DNA from: Octopus sinensis
Taxonomy: Eukaryota
Assembly (NCBI RefSeq): GCF_006345805.1
Contig: NW_021829641.1
Location: 1-32,203 of the forward strand
Direction: 5' to 3'
Length of the DNA: 32,203 nucleotides
Of the stretch, positions 10,918 to 23,599 are shown piece by piece; position 1 is the stretch's first letter, and each line of letters opens with the position of its first letter. The translations under genes and the position numbers were made by a program. The notes beneath the pieces are model-generated. The model made no database searches. It had not been told where the DNA came from and was given only the letters and a program-made list of their open reading frames with translations.

Positions 10918-12509
10918 ATGGAATATAGCCAGCAACAACTTCCCTTCCTCGATATCCTCATTAAGAAAGCTAATAATATAAAAGAAACAGACATATACTA
11001 TAAACCTACAGACTCTAAGCAATATCTTCCATTCAATTCATGCCACCCCAGACACACTAGGATGAATATCCCCTTCAATCTAGCAAAAAGGATATGCACT
11101 ATAGTCTCTAACGCAAACACCAGAGACACACGACTACAAGAACTAAAAGATACCCTTATCACCAGGAACTATCCACCTTCACTTATTGACAAGTGCATTC
11201 AACGTGCCCTTCAACTTAACATCAAGGAACTGAGACATCCCAAATCAAAGAAAAACTTACAACCAAAAGCCTTACCATACATCTCCACACACAACCCTCT
11301 CAATAACGAAGCCTTCGGCACCATCCTCCACAACATACCCCTCCTAAAAAAAGACCACAGAATGAACACAATCCTCCAAACACACACGATCATAAAAAGC
11401 AAAAGACAGCCTAGATCCATGAAAAGTCTTCTAACACAAGCCCGAATTCACTCTTCAACACAGAGCCGACAGTAAAAAATGTGGAAGACCCAATTGCGGG
11501 ATATGCGACTATCTAATCGAGGGTTCTGAGTTCTCCTTCAAACAGGGACAACGTTTTACAGTGAAAAGCAACTTCACATGTGCTTCGGAGAACCTAATAT
11601 ACTCACTAACCTGCTCCGAGTGTCAAGAGCAGTACATAGGCCAAACAAAAAATGGTTTGCGTAAACGAATGGCCCTGCACAGATCCCAGATAAAAATTCC
11701 CCAAAACAGAAAAATAGCTTTTAGCCAACACATTGATACTTGCGCCAACAAAAAAACACCAAACTTCAGAATTTTCCCCCTCTACCAATTTAGGGACGAT
11801 ACAACCTCGAGACAACGAATAAGTAAAGAAACTCTTTATTATAAAATACAGGCCACTTCTTAACGGTCTACGACAAACAATTAATATAGCTCAACTTAAG
11901 AATAAAAGAAATATATATACACACACAAATATTACATTCCATAGAATCCATTACTAATCGCCCCAAAACAGCTATATCTTCACCCATTCATATTCTCCCT
12001 TCTCTGTTTTTTTTCTTCTTCTCCCTCTTCTTCTCCTTCTTCATCATCATCGTTATCATCATCATCGTCGTCATCGTCATCACCACCATCATCATCGTCA
12101 TCTTCTCCTTCTCCTTCTTCTTCATCGTCATCATCATCGGCACCGTCATCTTCTTCTTCTTCTCCACCTTCTACCCCCACTAATGTCTTAAAGTATAACG
12201 CCTACGCAGCGACTGCCGGTCGCCACTGACCAGCCCAGATTTTCCCACTCCCACCCCCTCAAGAACTCACAACGACCTCGAATACACAAGTGCAAACAAG
12301 GGAGTCAGAGAAAGGCAGAATGCCACATATATCTGAACACTACTATGGAAGTATTCCTTTAAAAAAACCTTTCTTCTAATTTTTCTAAATTTTTCAAACT
12401 TTAATTATTTAATCGTTACAGTTGAAAAGGTCTCAAAATGACCGAAACCGGTACTGAAAGATTCACTATAAAATCATCTTAGCATTTTCTATTTTTGACT
12501 TGTTTTTTC
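10918..12509 (+). mobile_element. 5'-truncated Neptune-like Penelope element, copy 2 (coding remnant 10918-11884)
   Basis: [60 protein letters not shown], followed by the GIY-YIG frame at 11561. Confidence 0.93.
12416..12459 (+). ncRNA. Hammerhead motif H6', identical duplicate of 8645-8688
   Basis: Same sequence as H6; predicted cleavage after 12453. Confidence 0.75.
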
Positions 12510-12631
12510 ATATATATATATATATATATATAATATATATATATATACATACATATATGTATATATGTATATATATATATATATCTATGTATGTATGTAT
12601 GTATATATATATATATATATTATATATATAT

Positions 12632-12681
<50 letters not shown>

Positions 12682-12691
12682 CATATATGTA

Positions 12692-12733
<42 letters not shown>

Positions 12734-13599
12734 CTTTAGTAATTGACCAACTAATGACAATGATATGCAGGTTGGCAGCATATAGTTTGTGTCTATGTGT
12801 CTAGTTATACTTTTACTTATCAACAGTATCGAGAAATTTATTGTGAATCCTCTACAACGCACAAATATATTACAGTCAATGTAGTACGCGCGCGTGTACA
12901 CACACACACACACATACACGCACGCGCTCATACACGCACGCACACACACATACACACACACAAGCACACACACACACACACACACTCTCTCTCTCTCACA
13001 CACACAGACGAAGGACCTGTTTGACGCAACGACAACCTATCCCATATCGGTAAAAATGAGCCTCCAGCCTATTGGCAAATATTCAATGAATCACAGAAAT
13101 CTTTACATTCTCTAACTCACAGTTTGGTCTCTTTCTGTCGTCTCTAATAATATTACGACATTCTCTGTAACCTCTGACCTACCTAGCTACATATCACTTC
13201 ATTTAATCAAACCCTGATTCTTCTACCTTTTCTCCTCTCGTTTCCTCTACAGTGTCTGCTACAAATAAGCACCAAGTCACATGAGCCTATAACAGGGTCT
13301 ATACTGAATCAACGATCAGTTAGAAATAGCAGCTAAATCTTCTTGCTTGCAAAGTGCGCTGTACTTTGTCTTAAACAAATAAAGAAACATTGAATAGTGT
13401 AATTCTAGGAAGATTAATTCTTGAAGAAAACCCACTAAAACCCTGGGTGATTATAATTTGGTACATAAAACATATGGAGGGAAGTGCTTTATGAACCTAC
13501 ACAAACATATGTTATAATGAATAAAAATGGAGATTGTGTGTGTGGTTTTGTGTATGTTTCTGTTTGCGCTTCTGTTTTTGTGCTTCTGTTTGTGTCCTT

Positions 13600-13970
13600 C
13601 ATTGCACCCAGAGAGGGCAAACCTCCGCCAAGGCAACACCAACGTCCTCTCAACGATTAGCGAGAGAGGATTTTTAAAATGAGAATATCTGAAATAAACT
13701 CGACTGCTCTCACAAACGAGAATACTAAAAATGAGCTCAACCGCTCTCAAAAATTAACTGAAAAAACCGGAAAAATAATCCAGAATCCTTGTCCGCGACC
13801 GGATCGATCCCCAAATCTAATCAGTTCGTGCCAGTCACGAGGCCAAACATTCTGAAAGTTTCATCCGAATACAGCCTGCGGTTCTTGAGATATCTTGTCT
13901 GAGGGCAAACAAACAAACAAACGCGTCTGAAAACAATACCTCCGTCTTCACTAACGCGGAGGTAATAAAT
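13600..13970 (-). mobile_element. Helentron/HINE (DINE-1-like) non-autonomous element
   Basis: Minus strand starts TTATTACCTCCGC..CGGAGGTATTGTTTT, then (GTTT)n and an AGATATCTCAAGAAC..GATGAAACTT core. It ends TTGGCGGAGGTTTGCCCTCTCTGGGTGC (subterminal IR plus hairpin). Confidence 0.7.
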
Positions 13971-14073
13971 TGTCTTTTTTTTAATGTATATAGTCAACAC
14001 CCATCCATACGCACGCACCAATACGTATATGCATGGCTGCATGTATTTATCCATCCATCCGCTCATCTGTCTG

Positions 14074-14146
<73 letters not shown>

Positions 14147-14963
14147 GTCTGTCTTTCTAGCTAACTTGATAGCTGTATGTCTGTTAATCTGTCTATATAT
14201 ATGTCTCATTCTGTCTGTCATTCTCTCTCTTTGTCTGCCTCTCTGTCTGTGTATCTGTCTGTGTGTCTGTCTTGGGCTGTCTGCATGTGTATGTCTGTCT
14301 GTCTGTCTTTCTTTCTCTCTCTATCTCTCTATCTGTATCTATCTGTCTGTCTGCCCACTTCTCTCTCTTTATCTATCTGTATCTATCTTCCTATCTATCT
14401 GTATGACTGTCAGGCTGTCGATCTTTAGAAGCTTCTGGGCACACATATGCAATCATACCTTACTAAGATTAGCTGCACACACGTACATACTTAACTGTAA
14501 TATTCATTAAAGCACACAAATACACGAACATACGTGATTAAACACACAGTAAAATACAATACATACATCTACCTACCAGTACATATATAAATTTCTACAA
14601 GTACATATAAACATAAATATATTCATACATATACAAACATAAACACAGATACACATACATTCAGCAATACGACCGTAGACATAGTAACGCTACTCTCCGT
14701 TTAAAAGCAATTAAACTATGAATTTTAAATATGGTAATCAGATCGTTATATTTTGACAATTTTGATATTTTATTAATAAAATTTGCTTTGATTATTATAA
14801 TTTCTCATAAAATAAGTGAAATATTACAACAATAAACTTGTGCTGAATCGAAATAAATATGGCCGCCGTGTTTCAATCAATGGCAGTATGAATCTAATTG
14901 TTGAGTTAAAACAGTAGTAGCATTCATCAGACAGTTATTCTTCCGACTGTTAACCTCCTTCCC

Positions 14964-15070
<107 letters not shown>

Positions 15071-15084
15071 GTTTGTCTGTCTGT

Positions 15085-15943
15085 CTGGGCGTCGACGATG
15101 AAGACTTGATCCGCTTGTTCAGGACAACTTTTGGACCTAGACCTGTGGACAATCACCAGAGAACCCTGGCCTGTCAGTGCTATCGAGAAACAATACCTGT
15201 TCGAGATAAGCTCTACAGGCACGGTTCGAGACACACCAGACCGACTTGCCAGAGATGCGGTCAGAGCGACGAAACCGTCCTGCACGCACTTGTGCAGTGT
15301 CCAACCATTTCAGACCTGTAGGTTTATTCCGAACGGCTGCTGTCACATGTAGGGTGAGTCCACCTGTCGGCCGCGTCTATATAGAGAATTGCTCCGCCAC
15401 CTTCTCTCAACCGGGAAGGTAAGGCAGTTTTCATCGTACTGATGGTCAAGGGGAAAGAATGAGTGTGGTGGACTCGAGCGAAAGGTTTAGAGACAAGCAC
15501 TTAGCTCTCTGGCCAATCACTCATCAACGTTTTCAAGTACCACTTGAAAAGGAAGGTGAGAATGGAGAGGCACGTTTTGTATCGTAGAAGTTTCAGAAAA
15601 AGGTGGGTTAATGTAGCAAAGATGGGGCGTGCGAGTGACGAAACCACTTTGAGCATGATCCTGTAAATCGAAAAAAGAGAAAGTGAGAGCTTTTTGCTCT
15701 CATATGTTTATTTCCTCCCTGTCTGAGTTTACCGTGGTCTTTTCCGTAGGCTTTTCTTTCCGCGGATAAACATAAAAATTCTTCTGTGATATATGATCCC
15801 TTTTGATGGTATTTTTTTCCGATCCCTTTTGATCGGAATTCTTACTTTTTTTCCCCTTTTTCTTTCTCATTTTCGAAAAGAAAAGCTCTACATTTGTATT
15901 TGTCCCCTCTTTGTTCAGCTCTGCGAGGCCAATAAATAAAGTT
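15085..15943 (+). mobile_element. Tx1/L1-clade LINE 3' end, copy A (decayed)
   Basis: CYRETIPVRDKLYRHG..PTCQRCGQSDETVLHALVQCP is a zf-RVT CCHC knuckle; 3' UTR ends AATAAATAAA followed by (TACC)n(TATC)n. Confidence 0.88.
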
Positions 15944-16101
15944 ATCTACCTACCTACCTACCTACCTACCTACCTACCTACCTACCTACCTACATACCTA
16001 CCTACCTACCAACCTACCTACCTACCTGCCTACCTACCTACCTATCTACCTACCTACCTGCCTACCTACCTACCTACCTACCTACCTACCTACCTACCTA
16101 C

Positions 16102-16181
<80 letters not shown>
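15944..16181. repeat. (TACC)n then (TATC)n microsatellite
   Basis: Directly visible. Confidence 0.97.
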
Positions 16182-16182
<1 letters not shown>

Positions 16183-17899
16183 CTGGTATACTGTTAACTC
16201 TGTCTGTCCACCTCTGTGTTAATCTATTTGAGTACCTGTGTTAATGCATATGTCTGTCTGTCTTCTTATCTCTCTATTTCTTATCAGTTCCCTTTATGTA
16301 TTGTTTGCAACAGTAAATTTCTTTAAACTTATCAACGTTTCAATACCATTCTAGTCTTATCTTTTGGCCGAAATAATTTTACTGACGCTTGTTATCTTTT
16401 TGATTGCAGGCAAGAATTATCGACAGCACACTGTTGTGTCTATTTCTCATTCGTTATCACAGGTCCTGAAACTCGTTTGACCGACCGTTAACAACAGGTA
16501 TTGTTTTCCAGTAATGAGGAAATAGTCTGGCTGTAATGTCTGGGATTAATGTCACTAGAATATGTCTAGAACTTTTGAAGCTTGCAATTATATTTTGTGA
16601 CTAATATAGCTTTTTAGAAATCAGTGAGTTATTTTTTTCCCCAAGTGGTGATAACTCTCCGCAGCAGTGGTACGATGAGCTTTTCCACATAGTTGTAATT
16701 ATTGTTGTTGTTTAACCTCAGCCAGACGTGATTGAACAGACCTACTATCAAAGTCGTTCCAGACATGGCAATTTCGTCTTCTGGCACATTTAGAAAATTT
16801 TCTAGCGTTTCATTGGTTAACGTTTCCTTGGTTCTTTGAGAAACAGTAAAGTACGATTTGAGAGATTCTTGGAGCGTCATGATTATACATCAACTTCTAA
16901 TTTCTTGCTTTTCTGTTGAACTCTCCAAGGACTTTTGAACTGCAGAGGTTAGGTAGTAGAGTACTGACCCATAGTATATTCTGCTTCTTCACATTCATAA
17001 GTGCTTACGCCGGTCTTGTAGCCCCTATCTGACCAAAGCAACTTTTGGTCGTTCCGTTCTAGTTGCCATGGGATTGAATGTCTTATACTAAATCCATGAT
17101 GCTTCAATTGGAGCAGGGTTGTTCTCAAGTTTCCGTCCAGAGCTGCAGTTTGGTTTCTTACTGAGAAATTGTTATGGGCTGGATGGAAAAAGCTGAGGAA
17201 GCCTCTTTTTGACTTCACTCGTTGGGCTAACGGATGACGTTAACAGCAGAGTAGGAGCTCATCACTAGCTGCCTTTGTCATCTATGCTTAACTGAGGAAC
17301 AAGGTAGACGTTTTCACGTCACGGTTCCTCTCACCAAATATTTCGTTTACCTGCGAATTCTACCAAATACTTTGAAGGCAAGTTGCATATGCTGCGACTG
17401 TATGAAGCCCCCTCCCCGCACCAGATTCGGTCAATCTAGTTTTGTTTTGTGATGAGTTATATAATGCGTTAGAAACTGTTTTTTGTTGCTGATGCATGGT
17501 CAACCAACCAGAAACAGTGATACAAGTTTGACCAATTTAAACGTTAGAAATTTTAAATTTACAATTTTCTCAATTATATTTGAGTTTGTAAATTACATTA
17601 TTAGTCAACCAAAATCTAATTCAACAATTTGCAGCTTTATTGGTGAGGAGATTTTTAATGTTCATTTAATATATTATTAGATTATATAATTAATGCTATG
17701 AGGTTATTGGTGAAGAATAATGTACAATGCGTTCCTTTGATGAGCCTTCAGATAATTGTGTTCAGCTATTATATACAACCAGAAATGCATTTAGCTGATA
17801 CATATATATATATATATATATAATATATATATATATATACACACATGCATATATGTATGTATGTATGTATGTATATATGTGTGCGTCTTTGTGTGTGCG

Positions 17900-18245
17900 T
17901 ATGTATGTGTATGTATAGTTTTTTACTGGGTATTATAAATGTATTTATTGTGCTGAATTTGTTTGTGTAATATTGTATAATTTGGACTACTGAATTATTA
18001 CAGTATCCGTTATTGACTAGCAACTAGCTTTTGTTTTAACGTATCGTATTAATTTCTTTGTGAAGTGCTGCGTTTGTTGTGAAGAATAAAAGGCCTGCGG
18101 TATGGATTTTATGGCTGAAATTTTATATCTATGTAAACATTCACTATCCCAATATATGCATAAACATTTATTGGCGTTTTCGTGTACACTATACTGGTGA
18201 ATTTCCTTTCATTTCTTTTATTTTTTGGGCTTTCTGAATACTCGT
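17900..18245 (-). mobile_element. Decayed Penelope-like RT thumb fragment
   Basis: KFTSIVYTKTPIN.. and ..TNAALHKEINTIR..LLVNNGYCNNSVVQII resemble PLE TSVY.KPT and ..E...I...L..NGYP motifs. Confidence 0.6.
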
Positions 18246-18246
18246 T

Positions 18247-18345
18247 ACTTAGTGGTTGGTGTGTTGAACTCAAAGTTATAGGGCCGCCGGTTCGATTCAC
18301 GGACGAGGTGGCATGCTGTGCCGTTCAGCAAAGCGCTTTTTTTCC
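18247..18345 (+). mobile_element. tRNA-derived SINE head
   Basis: TAGTGGTTGG (A box) and GGTTCGATTC (B box), followed by a GCTGTGCCGTTCAGCAAAGCGCTT core. Confidence 0.65.
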
Positions 18346-18749
18346 CATGATGTTCTACTCTTCTGTACCATCAATAATTACCTGCCTAATACTGGTACAT
18401 CGCTATCTTCCTCCAGTTTCCACTTTCTTCAATGCTCCAGTGTATCAAGGGCTGTGAGGACCACAGAGTATCCATGTCACTTATGCCTGTTCAGGGTTTC
18501 ATAGACAATTGGAGAAAGTATGGTATGGTACTCGCTTCAAATGGAATACTATGGAATACTCTTCCACTAGTTTCAGTAATTAAACTGCAGTCACGCTTGG
18601 ATACCGCTCTTAAGCACTTTAATCGATATTGTTGAACACCATTTGTTCTAATTTCTTAGCTAAAGCAATTCTTTCAAATATGAAAAAACATACCATTTTT
18701 CAAGCGGTAAATATAAATGTCAAACATGAATATATTATATAAATATAAA

Positions 18750-18915
18750 ATCCGTTCTGTCTGTGTATGTATGTCTTCTAAGATCTCGGGGATCCTCCAT
18801 CCGATTGCGCTCAAATTTGGTATGTAGATACCGGCGGTATCAGGGCGTGTATAAGTCTTGAAAAAATTACAAAAATCGATTCCAAGTGAGAATGCGATCG
18901 ATAAAGCCGTGGAAA
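18750..18915 (+). mobile_element. Helentron/HINE-like partial element
   Basis: TCTGTCTGTGTATGT..AGATCTCGGG..CCGATTGCGCTCAAATTTGGTATG core typical of DINE-1-like repeats. Confidence 0.55.
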
Positions 18916-19182
18916 CGTGCATTTATACGCACAAGTACATCAGCTGTTGCGATCGATACTACGCGTACGCGAGAAAAATGAACGTGCAGTTTGCGCAAAA
19001 AAGGCCGGCTGGCTTGAAATAATGCCACAAAATGCAGTATATTCAAGAGACCAAAAAAAGTAAGATGCAAAAGAGATATTTTCTTAAAACTTGGCATATA
19101 TATATACAACATACGGTCATGTGCATACGTGCATATATATGCATGTATACGTTCGTATATGTAAGTATTCGTATGTTGTATA

Positions 19183-19220
<38 letters not shown>

Positions 19221-19246
19221 TATAGATTTATGTGCTATCTGAGTAT

Positions 19247-19305
19247 ATTCCACTGATGAAGGCAGAGCATTTCTTATGCAGTGTCAGAAATCCGGGATCT
19301 GGAAT
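19247..19305 (+). ncRNA. Type-I hammerhead motif (H7)
   Basis: ATTCCA-CTGATGA-A-GGCA-GA-GCAT-TTCTT-ATGC-AG-TGTC-A-GAAA-TC-CGG-GA-TC-TGGAAT. Perfect 6-bp stem I, two-part stem II, stem III ATC/GAT, AUC triplet; predicted cleavage after 19299. Confidence 0.8.
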
Positions 19306-19446
19306 TACACAGTAACTTTTTTGCTTTTTTTATTTTTGCCTCCTGTCTTCTCTCCTGGAGCTGTATAAACATTTAATGTGGTTTTTGAGTCAAGTTTTCG
19401 CTGCTATTTCCAGATATCCTAAATTATAATTTTAATAATAATAATC

Positions 19447-19533
<87 letters not shown>

Positions 19534-20134
19534 CTATATATATATATATATAATATATGCGTGGGCGTGAGTGCACGTGCGTATTTGTGTGCAAAGGCAA
19601 ATCATACAATAGGCTACTTGAAATAGTGTTTATATTTAGGAGAGGAGATCGCTGATATGTAAGATTGTATGAAATTACACTCAAGATGTTATTGAATCAT
19701 AAAGAAGTAGTACTATATTTACTTTTCTGACTGCTGTATCACATGGTAGCTACATTCTCTCTGTTACAGCAAATATTCGAGACATACAGACACAAACAAA
19801 CAAACACACACGTACATATATATATACACACACACATGCACGCACGCACGTTTATGTGGATATATATATATAGAGAGAGAAAGTGAGGAAGATATGCAGA
19901 ATGTAAGAGAGATAGTTCTACATAATGGTAGTTTACCTACAAAAGCTATATAAATTAAAAATATAGCAATCAAACTTTACCATGGTTACAGTCCACGTGA
20001 AATAAACCATGCACACAATCAGGCGTTCACCATTATACAATTTCAAATCAGGCGAATATGATTTTTATCAGTTGCAACATCATCCCATCATTCTTATAAT
20101 CCTTTTCTACCCATTTCAAGACGTTGCAACAACA

Positions 20135-20220
<86 letters not shown>

Positions 20221-20271
20221 GTCTGTCTGTCTGTCTGTATGTCATCTATCTATCTATCTATCTATCTATCT

Positions 20272-21457
20272 GCTTTCCCGCAGCTCGTCTCCATGACCGA
20301 ACTGCAGTCGTGGATCAAAAAGAGGCCGAGGAAGGGCGAATGGCACCGCGAGTGTCGCGTTGCTCTCAAGCAACTCTGCCGTCCTGGGTCGACCTTAAGT
20401 GACTTCAACACAACCAAAGCATTCTATAGGGGCTTAGTGGAGGAGGAGGACGACGAGCTCGGGGCGAACCTGGACGTCGACGAGGAGTACCTGACCCGCC
20501 TGTTCGGGGGACGACTTTCGGGCCAGGGCCCATGGACAACTTCCAGAGATCCCTGGCCTGGCAGTGCTACCGAGAAGCGCTACCCGTTCGGGATAAGCTC
20601 TACAGACACGGCTCGAGAAACACGGGGCCGACCTGCCCGAGATGCGGTCAGAGCGACGAAACCGTTCTGCACGCATTCGTTCAGTGTCCAACAATTTCCG
20701 ACCTGTGGGCTTATGTCGAACAACTGCTGTCACGTGTGGGACGAGTCGGTTTATCAGCTGAGTCTATCGTCAATATTGTCACGCCTCCTTCCTTCAAACG
20801 GGAAGGAAGAGCTATTTTCATCATCCTTGTGGCTATGGCGAAAGAATGTATCTGGTGGACGCGTCTGAAAGGATTGGAGACAAACACTTTCCTCTCTGGT
20901 CAATCTCTCATCACTTCTTCAAGTACCACTTGAAAAGGAAAGTGAGAGTAGAGAGGCAAGTTTTGTCTAGCGAATGTTTTAAAAAAAGATGGGTGAATGT
21001 AGCAAGAATGGCACGTATGAATGACGAAGCCACCTTGAGCATAGTCCTATGAACCCAGAAATCGAAAACAGAGAGTTGCTTATTTGCAAAAAAAAAAAAA
21101 AAAAAAAAAAAGAATAAAAATGTGACTTCATTGACCGAGGTTACCGTGGTCTTTTCCGCAGGCTTTTCTTTCCACGGTAAACCTCACCTGTCCTCCCCTT
21201 TACACTTCATATTGACATTTCTGTGATAACGATCCCTATTGATCATTTTTTTTCTCTCCCCCCCCCCCCCCCTTTTTTTTTTTTTTAACCCCCCTTATTT
21301 TTGTCCTCTTTCTCTCCTTTTACGATCCCTTTTGATCGAACCTCCCCCTTCCTTTTTTATTTTTATTTTTTTTTTTTTTTTAATACCTTCAAAAGAAAAG
21401 CTCTACCTTGTAATTTGTTCTATCTGTGTGCAGCCCTGTGTGGCTAATAAAGAAACA
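20272..21457 (+). mobile_element. Tx1/L1-clade LINE 3' end, copy B (near-intact C-terminal ORF2 to stop at 21052)
   Basis: ..[73 protein letters not shown], with two single-base frameshifts; flanked by (TATC)n. Confidence 0.92.
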
Positions 21458-21493
<36 letters not shown>

Positions 21494-21536
21494 ATCTATC
21501 TATCTGTCTGTCTGTCTGTCTGTCTGTCTGTATGTC

Positions 21537-21612
<76 letters not shown>

Positions 21613-21652
21613 GTCTTTCTGTCTATCTATCTATCTATCTAGAAATGTCAAT

Positions 21653-21906
21653 TACACTTCATATTGACATTTCTGTGATAACGATCCCTATTGATCAATT
21701 TTTTTTCCTCTCCCCCTTTTTTTTTTTTTTTTTTTTTTAACCCCCCCTTTTTTTTGTCCTTTTTCTCTCCTTTTACGATCCCTTTTGATCGAAACTCCCC
21801 CTCCCCTTTTTTTTTTTTTTTTTTTTTTTTTAAACCTTCAAAAGAAAAGCTCTACCTTGTAATTTGTTCTATCTGTGTGCAGCCCTGTGTGGCTAATAAA
21901 GAAACA
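21653..21906 (+). mobile_element. Tx1-like LINE 3' UTR only, copy C
   Basis: Repeats the last ~250 nt of copy B through AATAAAGAAACA; lies within (TATC)n. Confidence 0.88.
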
Positions 21907-21941
<35 letters not shown>

Positions 21942-22037
21942 ATATCTATTTATCTATCTATCTGTCTGTCTGTCTGTCTGTCTGTCAGTCTATCTATTTA
22001 TCCATCCATCCATCATCTAGCTATCTGTCATGTATGC

Positions 22038-22103
<66 letters not shown>

Positions 22104-22167
22104 TTGTTTATCGGTCTATGTAGCTATTTACCTACCTACCTACCTACCTACCTACCTACCTACCTAC

Positions 22168-22209
<42 letters not shown>

Positions 22210-22276
22210 ATGTATATATGTATATATGTATCTATCTATCTATCCATCTATCTATCTGTTTGTCTATCTATCTATA

Positions 22277-22640
22277 GGCGCAGGAGTGGCTGTGCGGTAA
22301 GAAGCTTGGTTCCCAACCATATGGCTCGAGTTCAGTCCTACCGCGTGGCAACTATAGTCCTGAGTCAACCAAAGCATTGTATGTATATGTATATGTATGC
22401 GTGTGTGTGTATGTGAGTGTGTATCTTCGTTTTTGTGTCTGTGTGTCTGGATTTGTCCCCAAACACTGCTTGACAACCGGTGTTGATTTTGTTTACGTCC
22501 TCGTATTTAACGCTTCGACAAAATATACCGATAGAATAAGTACCTGGCTTAAAACATACATATGGGACCGATTTTTCTGATTAGGAATTATTCAAGTCAA
22601 TACCCCAGCATTGCCACAGTCTAATAACTGAAACAAGTAA
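22277..22640 (+). mobile_element. SINE family A
   Basis: GGCGCAGGAGTGGCTGTGCGGTAAG head, (TG)n and tail. Confidence 0.82.
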
Positions 22641-23191
22641 AAGGTTGTTTGGAAAGAGATATTCACTGTTGTCAAAATACAAAATCACTTTGACCAAATT
22701 AGTCACGTTCGAATCTGCCGAAATATATCAACAAGGAACCTGTACAGAATTGTTTATGATTTTTGTTGTTCTCCATGAACGTTACTTTTATTAAAATATG
22801 TTCTCAGTTATCGTTTAGATTCCAGCTTTCTTTTCAATCGTTCTATCTGCGCAAGGAATAAATGTTTCAGTTTATGAAACCGTACATCTGTCTTGGATGA
22901 AAACAATCTCTTCGTTCTCTCTTCTTCCTAACCTGTACATACAAGCGAAGTACGGCCAAAGTAGAAAAAAAAACCCATTGCAAATTAAACTCCTTTGAGG
23001 GAACGTAAGGCATATATTATGGCTATAAGTGATATTCTTTGGGGCCTGCTCCTACATATGATTAACACTGTGTGCAATTTTAAATTTAGAGGGAAGAAAT
23101 GAGACTCAGTAGATTATATCGACCCCAGTACTTGACAAATTCTTTATCTTGTCAACTTAGGAAGTGTGATGGGTGAAGTTGTCTGTCTGCC

Positions 23192-23239
<48 letters not shown>

Positions 23240-23599
23240 CTATCTATATATATATATATATATCTATATATATTATATATATAATATATATATACCACAT
23301 ACATACATACATACATACATACATACATACATACATACATACACATACATATGTGTGAGTGTGTGAGTGGTGTGAGTGTGTGTATGTGTACGTGTGTTTG
23401 AAAAAGTTTATATAATATATATATATAATATATATATATGTATATATATCCAGCAGGGTTAAAATACACAAATCAGACATTCACTCCGCTGTATAGTATC
23501 CTAAATAAATATATCACATAAAACTACCAAACAAATAAACTGTATTATGAAAATTACATACTGAAGAAATTTATCATATATGCCCATCTGTAAAATTAC

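Larger units (their letters stand above)
5013..12730. repeat. Tandem duplication of a ~3.8-kb unit (5013-8868 and 8869-~12730)
   Basis: The whole unit (SINE A, hairpin, mariner, PLE) recurs nearly identically. Offset is 3857 near the start and 3771 near the end owing to (TA)n length; the junctions lie in (TA)n. Confidence 0.97.

Noticed and set aside
14855-14935. Minus-strand CTGATGA..GAAAC pair
   Set aside because: Stems I and III cannot be formed convincingly.
22780-22935. Possible next NMDAR exon after minus-strand acceptor-like sites
   Set aside because: Phase-1 translations give an immediate stop or DRTIEKKAGI*, not the conserved DLERL..W..G.C.
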